Shown one piece after another: positions 41,901 through 53,373 of a stretch of 64,000 bases of DNA. A program made the translations under genes and the position numbers. The notes under the pieces were generated by a model. That model was given only the letters and a program-made list of their open reading frames with translations, had not been told where the DNA came from and made no database searches. This stretch comes from Caecitellus pseudoparvulus. Taxonomy: Eukaryota > Protista > Bigyra: Bicosoecida. Location of the stretch: the NCBI GenBank assembly GCA_965644315.1, contig CBFFRQ010000196.1, forward strand, positions 1-64,000, given 5' to 3'. How positions within the stretch are numbered: the first letter of the stretch is position 1; the number at the start of each line of letters is the position of its first letter.

Positions 41901-43699
41901 TTCTCTTGCACGACTCCACAGAGAATATTCAAAGAGGAGTCGGCCGCTTCACATGGCTCGCGGGTATGCTGAGCACTGACTGACACCCAGGCCTGTGATT
42001 GGGGCCGCTGGAGCAGTTGGGGGCTCGTGTGCACAGCGAGCCAAGCCGAGTTGCGGAGCTGCAAGCCGGCGACGTAACTTGCCAAGACAGGAAAGACAGC
42101 CAAGCTTGTCGTCCCAGGTCGGCCTTCCCTGATTCGTAATTGTGAGGACGGCAACACTGCAACTGCAGCCACAGTGCGCACTGTCAAGTGCACTATCTGC
42201 GACACGACGCTGGTGGCCGCAGCGCCCTCAGCGGGCCAACTTCGAACATGGAAGCTGGCCAGGAAGTCGGCCGCGACACTGGAACTCGCAAGGGAGGCTT
42301 CCATGTGGATCACGAGGCGTACACCTTGGCCTGGGAGCAGCTGGCCTGTTAGGCCGACGGAAGTGGACAGGTCGCCAACTGATGTGGCGATGTGTCGTAG
42401 CAGGCCCGTAGCTGCTGCGGAGGCAACCCCCCCAGGGACTGCACACCGCAGACCAGGCACACACACTGCAACCCAGGGAACGGGGGTTGGGATACTTGAG
42501 GTCAATGCCCAAGATGTGACCGCCGGGCCATCATTGCGCAGAAGGTGGTCAATGCTCCTGTTCAAGCCAAGCGGGACGTGCCACAAAGACGCTGTCTGAA
42601 ACGTTTGCAGCCCCCTCTGCACCACGGTAACTTGAAAGGGGACGACGACGAGTTCTGAACTTGCACTAGCCGCATGGCTTTGCAAGGAAACGTTGCCGGA
42701 GAGGGGCACGCCGTGGAGCAGCAGAGTGCCACGGTGCGTTCCTGGCCGCAAAGCTGCAGCTGAAAACGACACAGTCGCAATGACAAGGTTGTAAGGGGCA
42801 GAAAAATAACGGTTCTGGCCCAATGACGCCGTGAACCATGTGGATACTGTCGGCGTCGTGGCCAGAGACACGCCTTGCAGGCGTGGTGCTTGTAGCTGCA
42901 CCACTACTTCTTGCTTGGCAGCGCAAGCAACGGCGTCGTATGCTGGGCACGAAAACTCCACACGGTGTGGGTACACGCCCAGCACTGTTGTGCTGCCCAA
43001 CTTCTCAGCTTCACAAGCCGCAGGAGAGAGGCTGCTGCAGTTGGAGCTTCCGAGCGGCAAATCCAGCCCGCTGCTCGGCACCGCTCTTGCCGGCACCTCC
43101 AGCCCCGCATGCACTTGCAGGGGCACAAAGCCCCTGAGTATGGGATGCGTTGCGTTTCCCAACGTAACCACAAGCCCGATGGTCTGCTGCGCGGGCACTG
43201 CGGGAACGCCTGCTTGGGCAGCAGCCCCAAGTTGCATCACGAGCTGCCCCTCCAAGCAGCCTGACAAGCGCACAGCATGGAGACGGACAGACCACCACAG
43301 ACCAAGGTCTTGGCAGGGAGCCCAACCAGTGTGCGATGCCCCTGTGCATGCAACGTCTACATGCCGGGCTTCGCCCAGCAGCGACAAGGGCACGTGAAAG
43401 TGTGCTGGGTTGCCGACGAGAGTGCCGTCACGGGCTGTGGGAAGAAGCAAGGCCGCTGGCAACCGCGGCATGACAACCATGGACCCTTTCCAATCCACAG
43501 CTTGTGTTCCGTTTGCATCTCGCCAGCAAGGGCTCCCGTGTGATGCGTTGGCTGGGATGACGTGTGCGCAGGTGCAGGTATCGCGTTGGGCCACTGAAAA
43601 GCCAGCACACGGAAGGGCAGCTAAATTGAATACGAAACCCAAGACAAACACCCACACGTGTACAGGCTTGGCTGAGGACCGCTGCTTGGTTGACTTCAT
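38963..43699 (-). CDS. Large surface/membrane protein: signal peptide, long ectodomain, Cys-rich (GCC2/GCC3-like) repeats, multi-pass TM C-terminus
   Basis: Hydrophobic N-terminal segment, CRQCLAGSF/CSLCPRGTF/CLEGHRGVLCGEC motifs, 7 or more hydrophobic helices. Confidence 0.8.
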   Translation of the reverse strand: MKSTKQRSSAKPVHVWVFVLGFVFNLAALPCAGFSVAQRDTCTCAHVIPANASHGSPCWRDANGTQAVDWKGSMVVMPRLPAALLLPTARDGTLVGNPAHFHVPLSLLGEARHVDVACTGASHTGWAPCQDLGLWWSVRLHAVRLSGCLEGQLVMQLGAAAQAGVPAVPAQQTIGLVVTLGNATHPILRGFVPLQVHAGLEVPARAVPSSGLDLPLGSSNCSSLSPAACEAEKLGSTTVLGVYPHRVEFSCPAYDAVACAAKQEVVVQLQAPRLQGVSLATTPTVSTWFTASLGQNRYFSAPYNLVIATVSFSAAALRPGTHRGTLLLHGVPLSGNVSLQSHAASASSELVVVPFQVTVVQRGLQTFQTASLWHVPLGLNRSIDHLLRNDGPAVTSWALTSSIPTPVPWVAVCVPGLRCAVPGGVASAAATGLLRHIATSVGDLSTSVGLTGQLLPGQGVRLVIHMEASLASSSVAADFLASFHVRSWPAEGAAATSVVSQIVHLTVRTVAAVAVLPSSQLRIREGRPGTTSLAVFPVLASYVAGLQLRNSAWLAVHTSPQLLQRPQSQAWVSVSAQHTREPCEAADSSLNILCGVVQEKAVLNVEGSASEMQSRAELSVQVEQGLPSSGLSNVTVQGNLCDARGPASTCPAPLQRLAVYSGLEQQYSLLVRERDSIGAALSRTGMDPGSELRLYLPPGSAVRGSVAADVLLQSTRWRVFAEQTEPTMFLAMPVLRGAPLQQGLGITQLAAVPQNCSGAGLAPSESSLGCTCLPGWGVSPGADASKEGLSPGDCRQCLAGSFAVQAYGAGPTCSLCPRGTFSLPGAASCRACATQGGACVAGHLRVQSGFWTAEFATQTASRPSDLELGQRILDLQAHRSALSPAFQEEESQAGSDAEPLQRFQQCWPREACITVPNSANMTCLEGHRGVLCGECLHGWARQSAAAQCRKCPPWAQALVLSLTGAFVPVLVIVFLVVRSNRAPKETSILVALFRIMTGWCQMNWVLSQLSTPPPTAWPFILDWLATVSMSPGFISIPSQCAWSMTSPYHRLAAVALQVVLLLGVLGCTTCCPRRKPQPGAQYASNALARIEQHVQQAVRDLNAKRAPGIPRLGELHSHPPGPRATAVASLPELASQQEHAVVTPSVVNTGPEQETQVQHDSVQPPTEQHGEASVDDEFFDDASTIVVDAVDVVEPDDEAEHWARPVHDRTAVDLDDTSATKNWRPAALVEPAKPKVTPGRRGFAWFHVIVLYGLFAYPSFCIVFLQVLDVIWVPELSVHLLRGDTGSGSLQALFTAALGTAAGLGFLVMVLIPCCVVCYPSKAQRLQHVEWSRMRTGTLLAGLRAPHAQRHEIMARDGKHTKPSCLAWELLAVLPQRTFLVAAVFLVRGARSQLAALLLLLTASFLVQRALKPYRSSALNTLESAVTLGLWLAAWSALVESDASPAHSTLPQVTLYTSAAFFALPLLLAVGLLLVLITSSIQSQTMAVYEWLQVFVDEHPSMTYHSSLPHWGMWCCTLGYRRSVSAYLALLSCMTVPAAIEAAGDTKMLEAAGGLPNLSSHMFPHRVKSDLSTFSDTA

Positions 43700-44462
43700 C
43701 GCGCTGCAGCTTCTGTGTGGGCTGTGGCTGCTGCAAGCGTCCTGGCGATGCGAGGCGTAACCGCGCCGAAACGCCAGCGACACCCGCCTGCACCGACGTG
43801 GCGCTGCGCCTCTGGCGGAGCGCCACCTGATGCTAAATCCAGGGAAACAGCAAGGGAGTGTGTCAGCTGTCCCCGGGCCAGAGTCAGGATCGCAGGGCTG
43901 GCACGCGGAGCAACACGCGTGTCTGGTGTCGAGCACCTCGGCAAGTCGCGAAGCCCCGGTGAGAGTATGTGTTGTCAGCCCACACTGCGGGAACCATCAC
44001 ATGCTGGAACAAGCGTCCTGCATACTTGAGGTAACTTTGTCATGCCGTGATTATTTCGATTGTGCTTCTTCGTTGGAGCCGGCGCCGGGCAGAGCTTGGC
44101 GACGATGAATGCCACACCCGCTGCTCGCTGTGGTAAGGGTGGGCAGTCCACAGTGGCAAACCAGACAACCAGCTTGATTTTTGCAGCATGTGATTCAACT
44201 GATAGGCGGTGTGCTGTGCAGGCAACAGAGGCGCACGTGTCATTCACCAACGACGCTGCCGGGGGACCAAGTCGGAGAACCAGGATCAGCCTCATCTTCG
44301 GAGCCTGGAGCAAGGCCAAGGTAACGCATGCTGCCAATCAGCCGTAATGAGGCTGAAGCGCCTCTGTGTCCTCCCAAAACCTTTGTACGTGCGGCAAAGA
44401 TGTGGATCGGTCATCCTCCACGGCAACCACCCACAATACAAACACCAATCACTGCACCTGGC

Positions 44463-45269
44463 ATGAGACCCGCCTACAAGCATGTTGTGACACGCTTTGA
44501 ACCATTGCCCAGGTTCAAGCAAGCCATGGGGGGGTCCGACGAGTTCGAGGCTGCCTCGCGTGCATACTGGCGAGAGCGGCACCGAGCCGTGCAGCACCTG
44601 TCTGACAGCCAGTACTTGCTGGCACACATGGTCAGACTGCCCCTGTATTTATGGGAAACTGCAGTACCTGCGACGGGTGCCGTTATTGTGGCTGACATGT
44701 TGCACAGCTACGCAAAGGGGTTCCGCGCAGCGTGAGTTTCGGCGGCGTTTCAGGCGGATGGCCACACCCCTGTCACTTGTGCTCCCCACCTCCACAGCTC
44801 CATTGGCGAGCGGATCAAAGCATCTGGGCCTGTGGGCGTGCGGACTGCACTGCGCATGGCAGGCCTCGTCGTGCTACAACAAGCCACAGAGCAGGCTCTG
44901 TGTCGCACCCTGCGGGTGGGTGAGCGATACGAAGCTGACCCATACGATGGCCTGGGCCGTCTCACAGTGCTGCGGGCAGCAGCTGGGCTTGCAGCAGGGG
45001 CGGCCGTCGCTGCGGTTGGAAAACACGGTTTTTCGTTCTTTCATTCCGCTGCCCGTGCAGCGCGGCACCCGAAACATGTGTACGTGGGAGCCTGGTCCCT
45101 CGCCGGTGGCTTCTGGGGCATGAGCGGCACAGCGCACGTTGCCAGCGTGTCCCTGAACGCCAGAGCAGCATGGGGTGAGGCGCTTGGCGGGGAAGCAGCG
45201 CCAGCCGACTTGAAGGCCCAAGTGGCCGCCTCTGCCGCCCAGGCGCGGAAGGGGGGAGAAGACAGGTGA
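44463..45269 (+). CDS. Hypothetical small membrane protein, 2 exons (intron ~44732-44797)
   Basis: Two adjacent ORFs bridged by gtgagt..ccacag, with Gly/Ala-rich hydrophobic helices. Confidence 0.4.
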
Positions 45270-45289
45270 CGCCAAGTTGGGCAATGCAC

Positions 45290-48200
45290 TCACTTTGCAG
45301 CCTTGCCGGCGGCTGCCTTGTGCTTGCCCTTGGGCTTCAGCAAGCCTCGGTGCCACAGCTCACTGCGTGCGTGCAGTGCGGCTTGCTGGGCGCGCTCGTT
45401 CGCCGCCCTGCGACCGGCAATCAGCGCAGCCAGCGTCGCTCGCAGGTGCTTCAGCTTCACCCGCACATGCTGCTGCTGCTGTGCCGCCCCTGTGTCACCC
45501 GCCACCTGCATCCAGTAATCCAGGCTGCCCCCTGCAGCCACGGCTTGCATGCTGCGCTGGCTACCTGCCGCACTGGCGAACTCCAGGACACTGGTGGTGG
45601 GCGGTGAGAAAACAGTGTTGGCCAGTCCGCCGCCGCCCACACCCACCACGACGTCAGCCAGCTGGAACATGCGCAGAACGGCGGCCAGGGGCGCCGCCGC
45701 CACGTCCACCTCCACGATCGTCATGCGCGCGTCCACCACGGGCACTGCGCCAAAGGAGCCGTTGAACTGCGACCCGTCCACACGAGGCGTCAGGAGCGTG
45801 CCCCCTTCATGTGCAGCCTTGCTGGCATGGACGGCAGCTGCTCGCCGCTTGGCCAGCGCGCCTTGGGCCGCCTCCTCCTGCTCAGTGCGTAGCCATGCGC
45901 GCAGGTGCAGGAGGCCAGTCTCGGCAGCCACCTGCATGTCGTCGGCTTGCCACCGCTGGCCAATCATGGGGTGAGTCATCTGGGCGAGCGTGTCGGAGTC
46001 ACTGGCGCCAACGGACATGACGACGGCAGGCGAGCCAGTGCGCTGGCCTCGCATGCCGCCGTGGTGCGTTTCCTCCACAGCCTCCTGGAAAAACGCCTTG
46101 AGGCAGCGCATCACCGCCTGGGGCTTGGCTAGCGCCCTCCCCGTGTCCACATCACTCGTGACAACCACCACGTTGCGAATGGGGGGGTACGCCAACACCG
46201 TCCCATTATCCCACAGAAAAGGACTGCTGAAGCCGCTGAAGCTCTGCCAGGCGGGGGGGGGCTCCTCCCACTCCCCGTTCTGCTGGTCAGCGCTGCCTGC
46301 CTTGGCGCGCTCAGCACGGCTGCGTTTCTTCCACTTGCGCCGGCGGCGTGATTTGACGCGTTTCTCGCCCGTCTCTACCTCCGCTGCCCTGCGCACTTCT
46401 TGCGTCGTGTCCAGAGCATGCTCCGGCTGGGGCTTGGGCACCAGCAACCCTGCAAAGTGGCGGCGCACGAGCTGCAGGAGTGCTCGTGGGGCAACGGGGG
46501 GCGGCACGCGCACATCCTCCGAAGCTTGTTCACCCCACACCTCCACGCCTGCCGCCAGCAGGGACGGTTTCACTTCCCCCTGCGTTTCAGTTGCGGAGCG
46601 TCCACGCAAGCCTACCTGGGACAGTGGCAGCTTGCCCTGCAGCCGAGGCTCCCACACAGCAGCCAGAGCACGACGAGATGCGATGGACTCGCTGGCGTTG
46701 AAGGGCGGTGGCAGGGTCAGCCTGTCAGCAGCAGACAGCACTGTTTCTGCGGTCGCCATCACCTCCGCATCAGCCATGGTGCTTTCGGGGACAGCTCCCA
46801 GCCCCGTTGGCGCCCGGTGTGGCGGGGGGCCCCATGTGCCCACGAACAGCTTGTCAGCATGCACGACAGTGTGGTGGGGGTGCACGAGCACCATGTGCCC
46901 AACGCCAATACGCAGCATGTCAGCGAACGCACCCACGTACGGCGCCCCGGCTCGCAGGAGAATACGCATGTCAGGCAAGTCTGCCATGGAGGCGTGCCCT
47001 GCGCCAGAGGCACGGTTCTTCAACTGTTCAGTGACCAGCATGAAACGCGGCAGCACCTGCGTCACCCACGCAGTGTACGTGTCTTGCCCAGGCTGGATTA
47101 GGGACAGGCCCACTGGCACTCGAACCACTTGCTTTGCGGGTGGCGCCATGCCGCCTGTGCCTGCATCGCCGTGAAAGTGCCGAGCCATGTGGCTGACCGA
47201 GCCCGCATCCACTGCGAAGACGGTCTTGTCATCGTACACAATGCCTGCTGCCCCTTCTACAAACACGTCTTCGAACTCGAGAAAGTGCATCTCGCCCTCC
47301 CAGAACCGACCCGTGACACACCCCGCATTCGGCCCGAACTGGTACGAAGCAGGCAGCTGTGCGTACGTGCCGAGGGCTGGAGCCAGTGGCGAGGCGTCTT
47401 CCGCTGCGGGTGTGCCGAAAGACGCCGCACCCGCCACACGCCCTGTCCACGATTGTGCTGAAGCGGACGCCTCAGGCACGAACTGCGGCAGGAAGGAGCC
47501 ATAGGGCTCGCCCCAGGTGAGAAAGTACAGCGGGTCTGCCGCCACCAACCCCCTCCGCATCCCACTCCGCAGCGGTGTCCGCCAGACTGGACATGTGGGC
47601 AGTGACGTTGGTGACGAGCTCTCGCCTCCGCACCGCACGCCCTTCGCCCTGTGCAGCATCAGGCCACGTGGCGCGTGGGCCCATGTCTGCAACTGTTTGA
47701 GCCAGGCGCCTGGGGCCACCTACGCTCCCGCTGCTCCCATCGTCAGCCGCCTGCCAAGGTTTGCCAGTGCTGAGCGCGACATCCTGAGACTCCACGGACA
47801 CCTCCCGTACCCTGGAAGCCTTGCGTGCGGCGTGAAGCGATGCCTGCAGGCGCCACCGCTGCAACACCTTGCTCTGTGCCAGGGCCAGTGCTGGGGCAGC
47901 GGCGTCCCATCCCCCCACCGCCTGCAACTGCTCACCCAGCGCCGCTAGCGTGCGCCCCTCCCAAACGAGGCGCTCCATGGCCTGAAGGCGCTGGGAGGCG
48001 GAGCTGACGTTGGCTAGCACTGCAGTTTGCGCCACACTTGCCTCCCGCACGGCTGCCAGTGTTGCGTTGGCAGCTTCTCGCTCCTTGCCACCCAGGGCCT
48101 GAGCGGCCGAACCCTGCAGAGCCAGAGCGAAGGCCTTGGCTTCCGGGAAGGCTCCACAGGCCTGCACAGCATCTAGCGCTGCGCTGTACTGTGCCTCCAC

Positions 48201-48383
48201 ACCTGGGTTCAAGTCCCCATGTCTGGAAAGCGCGGTGGGGTGCGCAGCTGCCGCCAAGGCGCCTCCGCAGGGAGTGCTGCTGTCCACGCCGATCCACGTG
48301 GGCAGCTCAACCGCTGCCTCCCCTGCCGCTAGCACCAGAGCAAGAGCTCCAAGCACCGCCCTGAACACCTTCATACCCATCAT
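45290..48383 (-). CDS. Secreted glycosyltransferase family 61 (DUF563)-like protein; apparent frameshift near 47720
   Basis: Signal peptide MKVFRAVLGALALVLAA, YTAWVTQVLPRF, and C-terminal MFQLADVVVGVGGGGLANTVFSPPTTSVLEF. Confidence 0.7.
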
Positions 48384-49052
48384 GAATATCGGTGATTCGG
48401 CTCTTGAGTCGGCAAATCCTCCTGTGCTGATGCAACCGGACTCGCTTTCTTCAGCGACCTTGCGGAAATCGGGCAGACGATGGCTCCCAACGAAATAGCC
48501 AGGGGAACGAGAGAACAGGCACAGAAGTGCCCAAGTACGGATGTGGGACAATACATCAGGTACATGTCAGCTTTCACGTGCTTCGAATTTTCCTTTACTT
48601 CCTCGCTGCGCGAGTTCGGAGCCTGGGCGCGAGGTGCTGGACAAGACGCAGCACAGCACAGACCTCGAGGGAACAAAATCCACGGCTGAAAGCGAGCCCT
48701 GTGGAATGCACAGTGGCGTTTTCAAGAGCATGCAAGGGTCAGCTGCGGCGTGCACTCCCCGCGATCGCAAGGCCTCCTGTCCCACTCACACCAGCCTCCT
48801 TTTTTGACCCGGCCGCATCAGTGAACTGCACCCGATTCGACGCACAGCTGCATTGCCCCGCTCCCGCTGGTCGTGCCCTGCATTTACACCCACTCGGCGC
48901 CCGCTACCGCCACCACCTCTGCCACGTGCGCCTTCCAAGGCTGCCTGGCTGCGGAGCAACTGCAGTCGCATGCGGCGAGTGCGAGACCTGCTCTGCCACG
49001 GCTGCACACCCGTCGGAACTCTGCAAGTTAGACGCCTCTGCCCTTTTCAAAC

Positions 49053-50146
49053 ATGAACAAGTATGAAGTGCTGGGCATTGTCGGGGAAGGAGCCTACGGC
49101 GTCGTGCTGCGGTGCCGCAACAAGGTGAGGCCTGGCTCGCGAGCGGAAATTGCACATCGCGCGGGCGCCGGGAAGGCGACGTGGGCACCAGCTCCCTGCA
49201 CGGCGTGCTCCCTGACGCACAGGAAACGTCCGAAACCATTGCAATCAAGAAGTTCAAAGAGAGCGAGGGTGCGTGCTCCGTCGAAGCTCCGCAGGAGCTG
49301 GCCCTGCACACTCCACGCACCGCTGCGCAGATGATGATGTGGTGCGCAAGACCACGCTGCGGGAGGTGAAGATCCTGCGGCAGCTGCGCCACCCCTGCAT
49401 CGTGTCCCTGCAAGAAGCCTTCCGGCGCAAGGGCAAGCTGTACTTGGTCTTCGAGTACGTGGAGCGGAACTTGCTGGAGTTGCTGGAGGCGCACCCGGGC
49501 GGCCTGAGCCAGCAACAAGTGCAAACCTTCATCTTCCAGCTGTGCATGGCCATTGACTGGTGCCACTCGCACCGCGTCATCCACCGCGACATCAAGCCTG
49601 AGAACCTGCTCGTGGACGCCGCAGCAGGCACCCTGAAGCTGTGTGACTTTGGGTTCGCACGCACCCTGCCCAGCAAAACCTCCTCTCGCGCCAAGGCACT
49701 GACAGACTATGTCGCCACAAGGTGGTACCGGGCGCCGGAGCTGCTGCTGGGCAGCACAGACTACACCACTGCCGTGGATATCTGGGCCATCGGCTGCATT
49801 ATGGGGGAACTGGCAGACGGGCAGCCACTGTTCCCCGGTGACTCGGACGCCGACCAGCTGCACGTGATCCAGCGGGGCATTGGGCCCATGACTTCCGCCC
49901 AAATGGAGCGCTTCTTGAAGGCCAAGCGCTTCCGCGGCGTGAAGTTCCCCGACATCTCCCGCTCGGCGTCCCTTGCGGAGAAATATGGCGCCATACTGCC
50001 GCCCGCTGGCGTGGACTTCATGCGGGACTGTCTGCGCATGGACCCCGCCCGCGCCTCACGGCACGGCAGGCTGTGCTGCATCCCTTCTTCAGCGGGCTGC
50101 CTGAGGCGTTCAGGTGGGACACCGTACGAACCCGACTCCCCAAAGA

Positions 50147-50177
<31 letters not shown>

Positions 50178-51489
50178 AGCAGCACCGGCAGCAAGCCGAG
50201 GTAGCACCAGCACAGCGACAGAGGCCAGTGGACGAGCAAGTGAAGTGGCATTCCAGGGAGGGGGGGGGCATGCCCCCTCTGCTGTGGCACGCCACACACC
50301 GTCAGAAGTGGGGTGGGGCCACACCCAGGCTGCCCGGGGTGGTACTGGTTCGCGGGGCGGCCACCGAGCGCCGAACACGACGAAGTGGCTAGGGTCGGAT
50401 GCCAGCGGAGGGCGGGGCGGCATCCGGAACACCATGCAGACGCTGGGCGTGGGCAGTGAGGACGGCATGCCAGCTCGCATGCCGTCTCGGGCTGGCAGCA
50501 GGGCGGGCGGTCCGGCTGTGCTGCGGTCCCTGTCGCGGGGGGGGCACCGCAGCGGGGGAGGGGGGGGTGACGGCCTGCACATGATGGGCGTGATGGGTGC
50601 CGAGCCAACACCCAGCAGTGTTCCGCATGCATCTCCCCCCGCGGCCACCCACGCCAGCGAGGGCAAGGACTCCCCGGATGGGTATGAAGACGAGTGGGAG
50701 GAGAGCAAGAGCCCCGCGATGATGCCGGCGCAGCCCCTGCATGCCAGCCCCGCCCAGCCGCGCCGTGTTATCCCCCTGCAGGCGTCTGGACCAGACCCCG
50801 CCAACCGCACACCCAGCAAGCTGGGCATGTACGGCGCTGCTGCGCGGGCAGGAGGCGGCGGCGGCGGCGGCGACGTGTCTGGTCACACCTCCTCGCGTGC
50901 CAGTCGTACACGCGGCTCTCGCAGGCGGCGGCAAGGGTCTCGCCCCGCCACACGCGCCACGCCACACCGCAGCAGCAAGGGCGCCGAGCGCCACTCTTCC
51001 AGAGGCACCGGCGCTGGAGCCGCATACGGCACGGGCCCTGCCTCCTCCATGTACAGACCAGGTACCAGGGGCGACGGGGACACGTCCAGGCGCCAGCGTG
51101 TGCCCAACGCACGCCATGCGTTGCCTGGGCCCGTGCACGTGGCCGGTCGCGTGCCGGGTCGCGGTCGCGAACAGCGGCACGTCGCAGCGCCGACTCGGAG
51201 CGGCCTGGGGCAACCTACTCACCGCCCTGGCCAGCAGCTGGGCAGCTCTGCCACTGCTGTGGCGCAAGCTCGCGCTGATGCGGCAGGCTCACGGTCCAGC
51301 GGCGTGCAGTTGCCAGGCGGGCCGCTGGCGGATATACCCTCCTTTCACCAGCGCTCAGCGGCTGCAGGGGCCCGCTTGCAGCCGCTGGGCTCTGTGCCTG
51401 AAGCCCAGATTCCCGAACAGAGCTTCCGCAAGAGTCAGTTCTACGTGGCGCCGCTGCCGGGGTTTGGCGCAGCGGCACACCACAAGTAG
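49053..51489 (+). CDS. CDKL5: Cyclin-dependent kinase-like 5 (CDKL5/LF5-type) kinase, introns 49125-49221 and ~49269-49330
   Basis: [24 protein letters not shown]|[15 protein letters not shown]|[41 protein letters not shown], and a long low-complexity tail. Confidence 0.88.
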
Positions 51490-51643
51490 AGCGCTGACTC
51501 CCCAGTGCACGCAGCAAATTCACTCACTCACCAAAACAAACCCGTTCAGCACCTTCCACTGCATGCCACATGCACCAGCCGACCCCTCTCGCCGCCTGCG
51601 CAAGCTCGCTTGCGCTGCCGAGGCCACACCTTGCCACTGCACA

Positions 51644-53155
51644 ATGTCCACAGCCACACCAGCCGGCGGCGGCCCGCCAACAGCAGCATGCATGAGTACC
51701 CCAGAAATGGTGGACTTGGCGGGCATTGCCCAGCGCCACCTGTCCCAGGAAAACCAAAAACTGCGCCAGGAAGTGCAGGCTCTGGTGCATCGGGAGCAGC
51801 ACCTGCGGGAGCTCATTTCAGCCGCCAGCACGCCGGCGCCGCCTGCGCAGGTGGCCGACGCCATGGCCCCCGATACAGACCCCCAGCAAGAACGCTTGGC
51901 GAACTTCATGCGCCTGAAGCAGCTGCTGCCGCCCCGCATCGTGTCAGCCGTGATGGGTGATGTCGACGTGGCCGCTGGCGACCTCGCCACCACTGCACCT
52001 GCCACCGAGGGCACAGACTCAGCGCAGGGCGGTGAGCCTGCGCAAGAGGCCATCCTAGCTCAGTTAGACGAAGACCTGGCTGAAATCCCCCCCGACATGC
52101 AGCAGGCAGCGCTGCGCGAACACATCGTCTGCCTCATGCACCAGATCGAGGAGCAGGAGTCAGAGATCTTCCTCTTGCGCTGTGACCTGCAGCAGCCCCT
52201 GCCTCAGGCCCAGCCCTCGGGGCCAACACAGGCACAGCCTTCGTCCGGTGCCGAGGAGGCCCCGCCTGCGTGGGCCCAGGCGCTCCTGGCAGGCATGCAG
52301 AGTCTCTCGCAGCAGGTGCAGGCGCAGGGTGAAGCCATCCAGCGCCTGGCAGCGCAGCAGGGTGCGACGCCCGCCCCAGCGGCGCCAGGGGATACCTCCC
52401 AGGCAGCACAAACCCTGGGCACGTCCATGACCACGCCACAGCAACCAGATGCCCCACAGACCTCCGCCGACGCCGGCCAGCTCAGCACTCTGCAGCACAC
52501 TGTGAACCACGGCATGCGGAAGTTGAAGGAGGGCCTGGGGCGCATTGGCGCAGATGTGCGGACCATCAAGGGCCGGTTGACCGCCCCCTACCACGCGCAC
52601 AGCATAGTGCAGCCCCACGAACCCGTGCCAGTGCCAGTGCCCGCTGCCTTGCCACCCGGCCGCAACAGCCCCCCTCCAGGCATGGCACAGGGGGGCCGCG
52701 TGTCACCAGCCAGCGTGGGCCCACCACCTCCACCCCAGCCGGCCTCCCTGGACCCTCAGGCCCTGCATGGCATCCTGCGCCGCGTTGTGAGCGCCACCAG
52801 CCGGGTGCAAGACAAGCACCGCTCAGGCGAACTGCCCTCCCCAGCCCACCCTCGCTCAGCAGGCTCCACGTCAGCCACACACGGCACCAGCCGTGGCACG
52901 CCCACGGCGCAAGGCAGGGCTGATGCCGGCGCCCACCCCAGTCCCATCGAGCGGCAGGGACGGTTCGTGGACCGCGTCGCAGTTGCCGCGGCGGCCACAC
53001 GGGCCACCGACGCGCCACCCAGCACCAGTGCTGACTACGAGGCCCGCCTGCGAGAAAAGGCCACTCGGGGGGCCAAGGCGGCAGGGCTGCGGCGCCGGCG
53101 GCGAGGTTCGCAGACCTCCACAGACCGCTCCGAGAGCAAGGCTGGCAGCCTGTGA
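51644..53155 (+). CDS. Hypothetical coiled-coil/Pro-Gln-rich protein
   Basis: Open frame with heptad-like segments (LSQENQKLRQEVQAL; LMHQIEEQESEI). Confidence 0.6.
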   Translation: MSTATPAGGGPPTAACMSTPEMVDLAGIAQRHLSQENQKLRQEVQALVHREQHLRELISAASTPAPPAQVADAMAPDTDPQQERLANFMRLKQLLPPRIVSAVMGDVDVAAGDLATTAPATEGTDSAQGGEPAQEAILAQLDEDLAEIPPDMQQAALREHIVCLMHQIEEQESEIFLLRCDLQQPLPQAQPSGPTQAQPSSGAEEAPPAWAQALLAGMQSLSQQVQAQGEAIQRLAAQQGATPAPAAPGDTSQAAQTLGTSMTTPQQPDAPQTSADAGQLSTLQHTVNHGMRKLKEGLGRIGADVRTIKGRLTAPYHAHSIVQPHEPVPVPVPAALPPGRNSPPPGMAQGGRVSPASVGPPPPPQPASLDPQALHGILRRVVSATSRVQDKHRSGELPSPAHPRSAGSTSATHGTSRGTPTAQGRADAGAHPSPIERQGRFVDRVAVAAAATRATDAPPSTSADYEARLREKATRGAKAAGLRRRRRGSQTSTDRSESKAGSL

Positions 53156-53373
53156 CACGCCTGCGCCAAACCACTCACGCCGTGTACACAACCCCCACAC
53201 TGCCGTCCAAAGCCCCTGTATTTCTCCCCTTTCCGCCATAGCCATGGTCTCCACTCGCAGCCGCAGCAGCGGCCGCCGCCGCCGCCGCCCAGTCCCCTGA
53301 GCCGCAGGCTGCGCCATCTTCGCCTGACTCCGTCGCACCTCCTGACCATGCCAACGAGCCTGAGGCTGGACCA

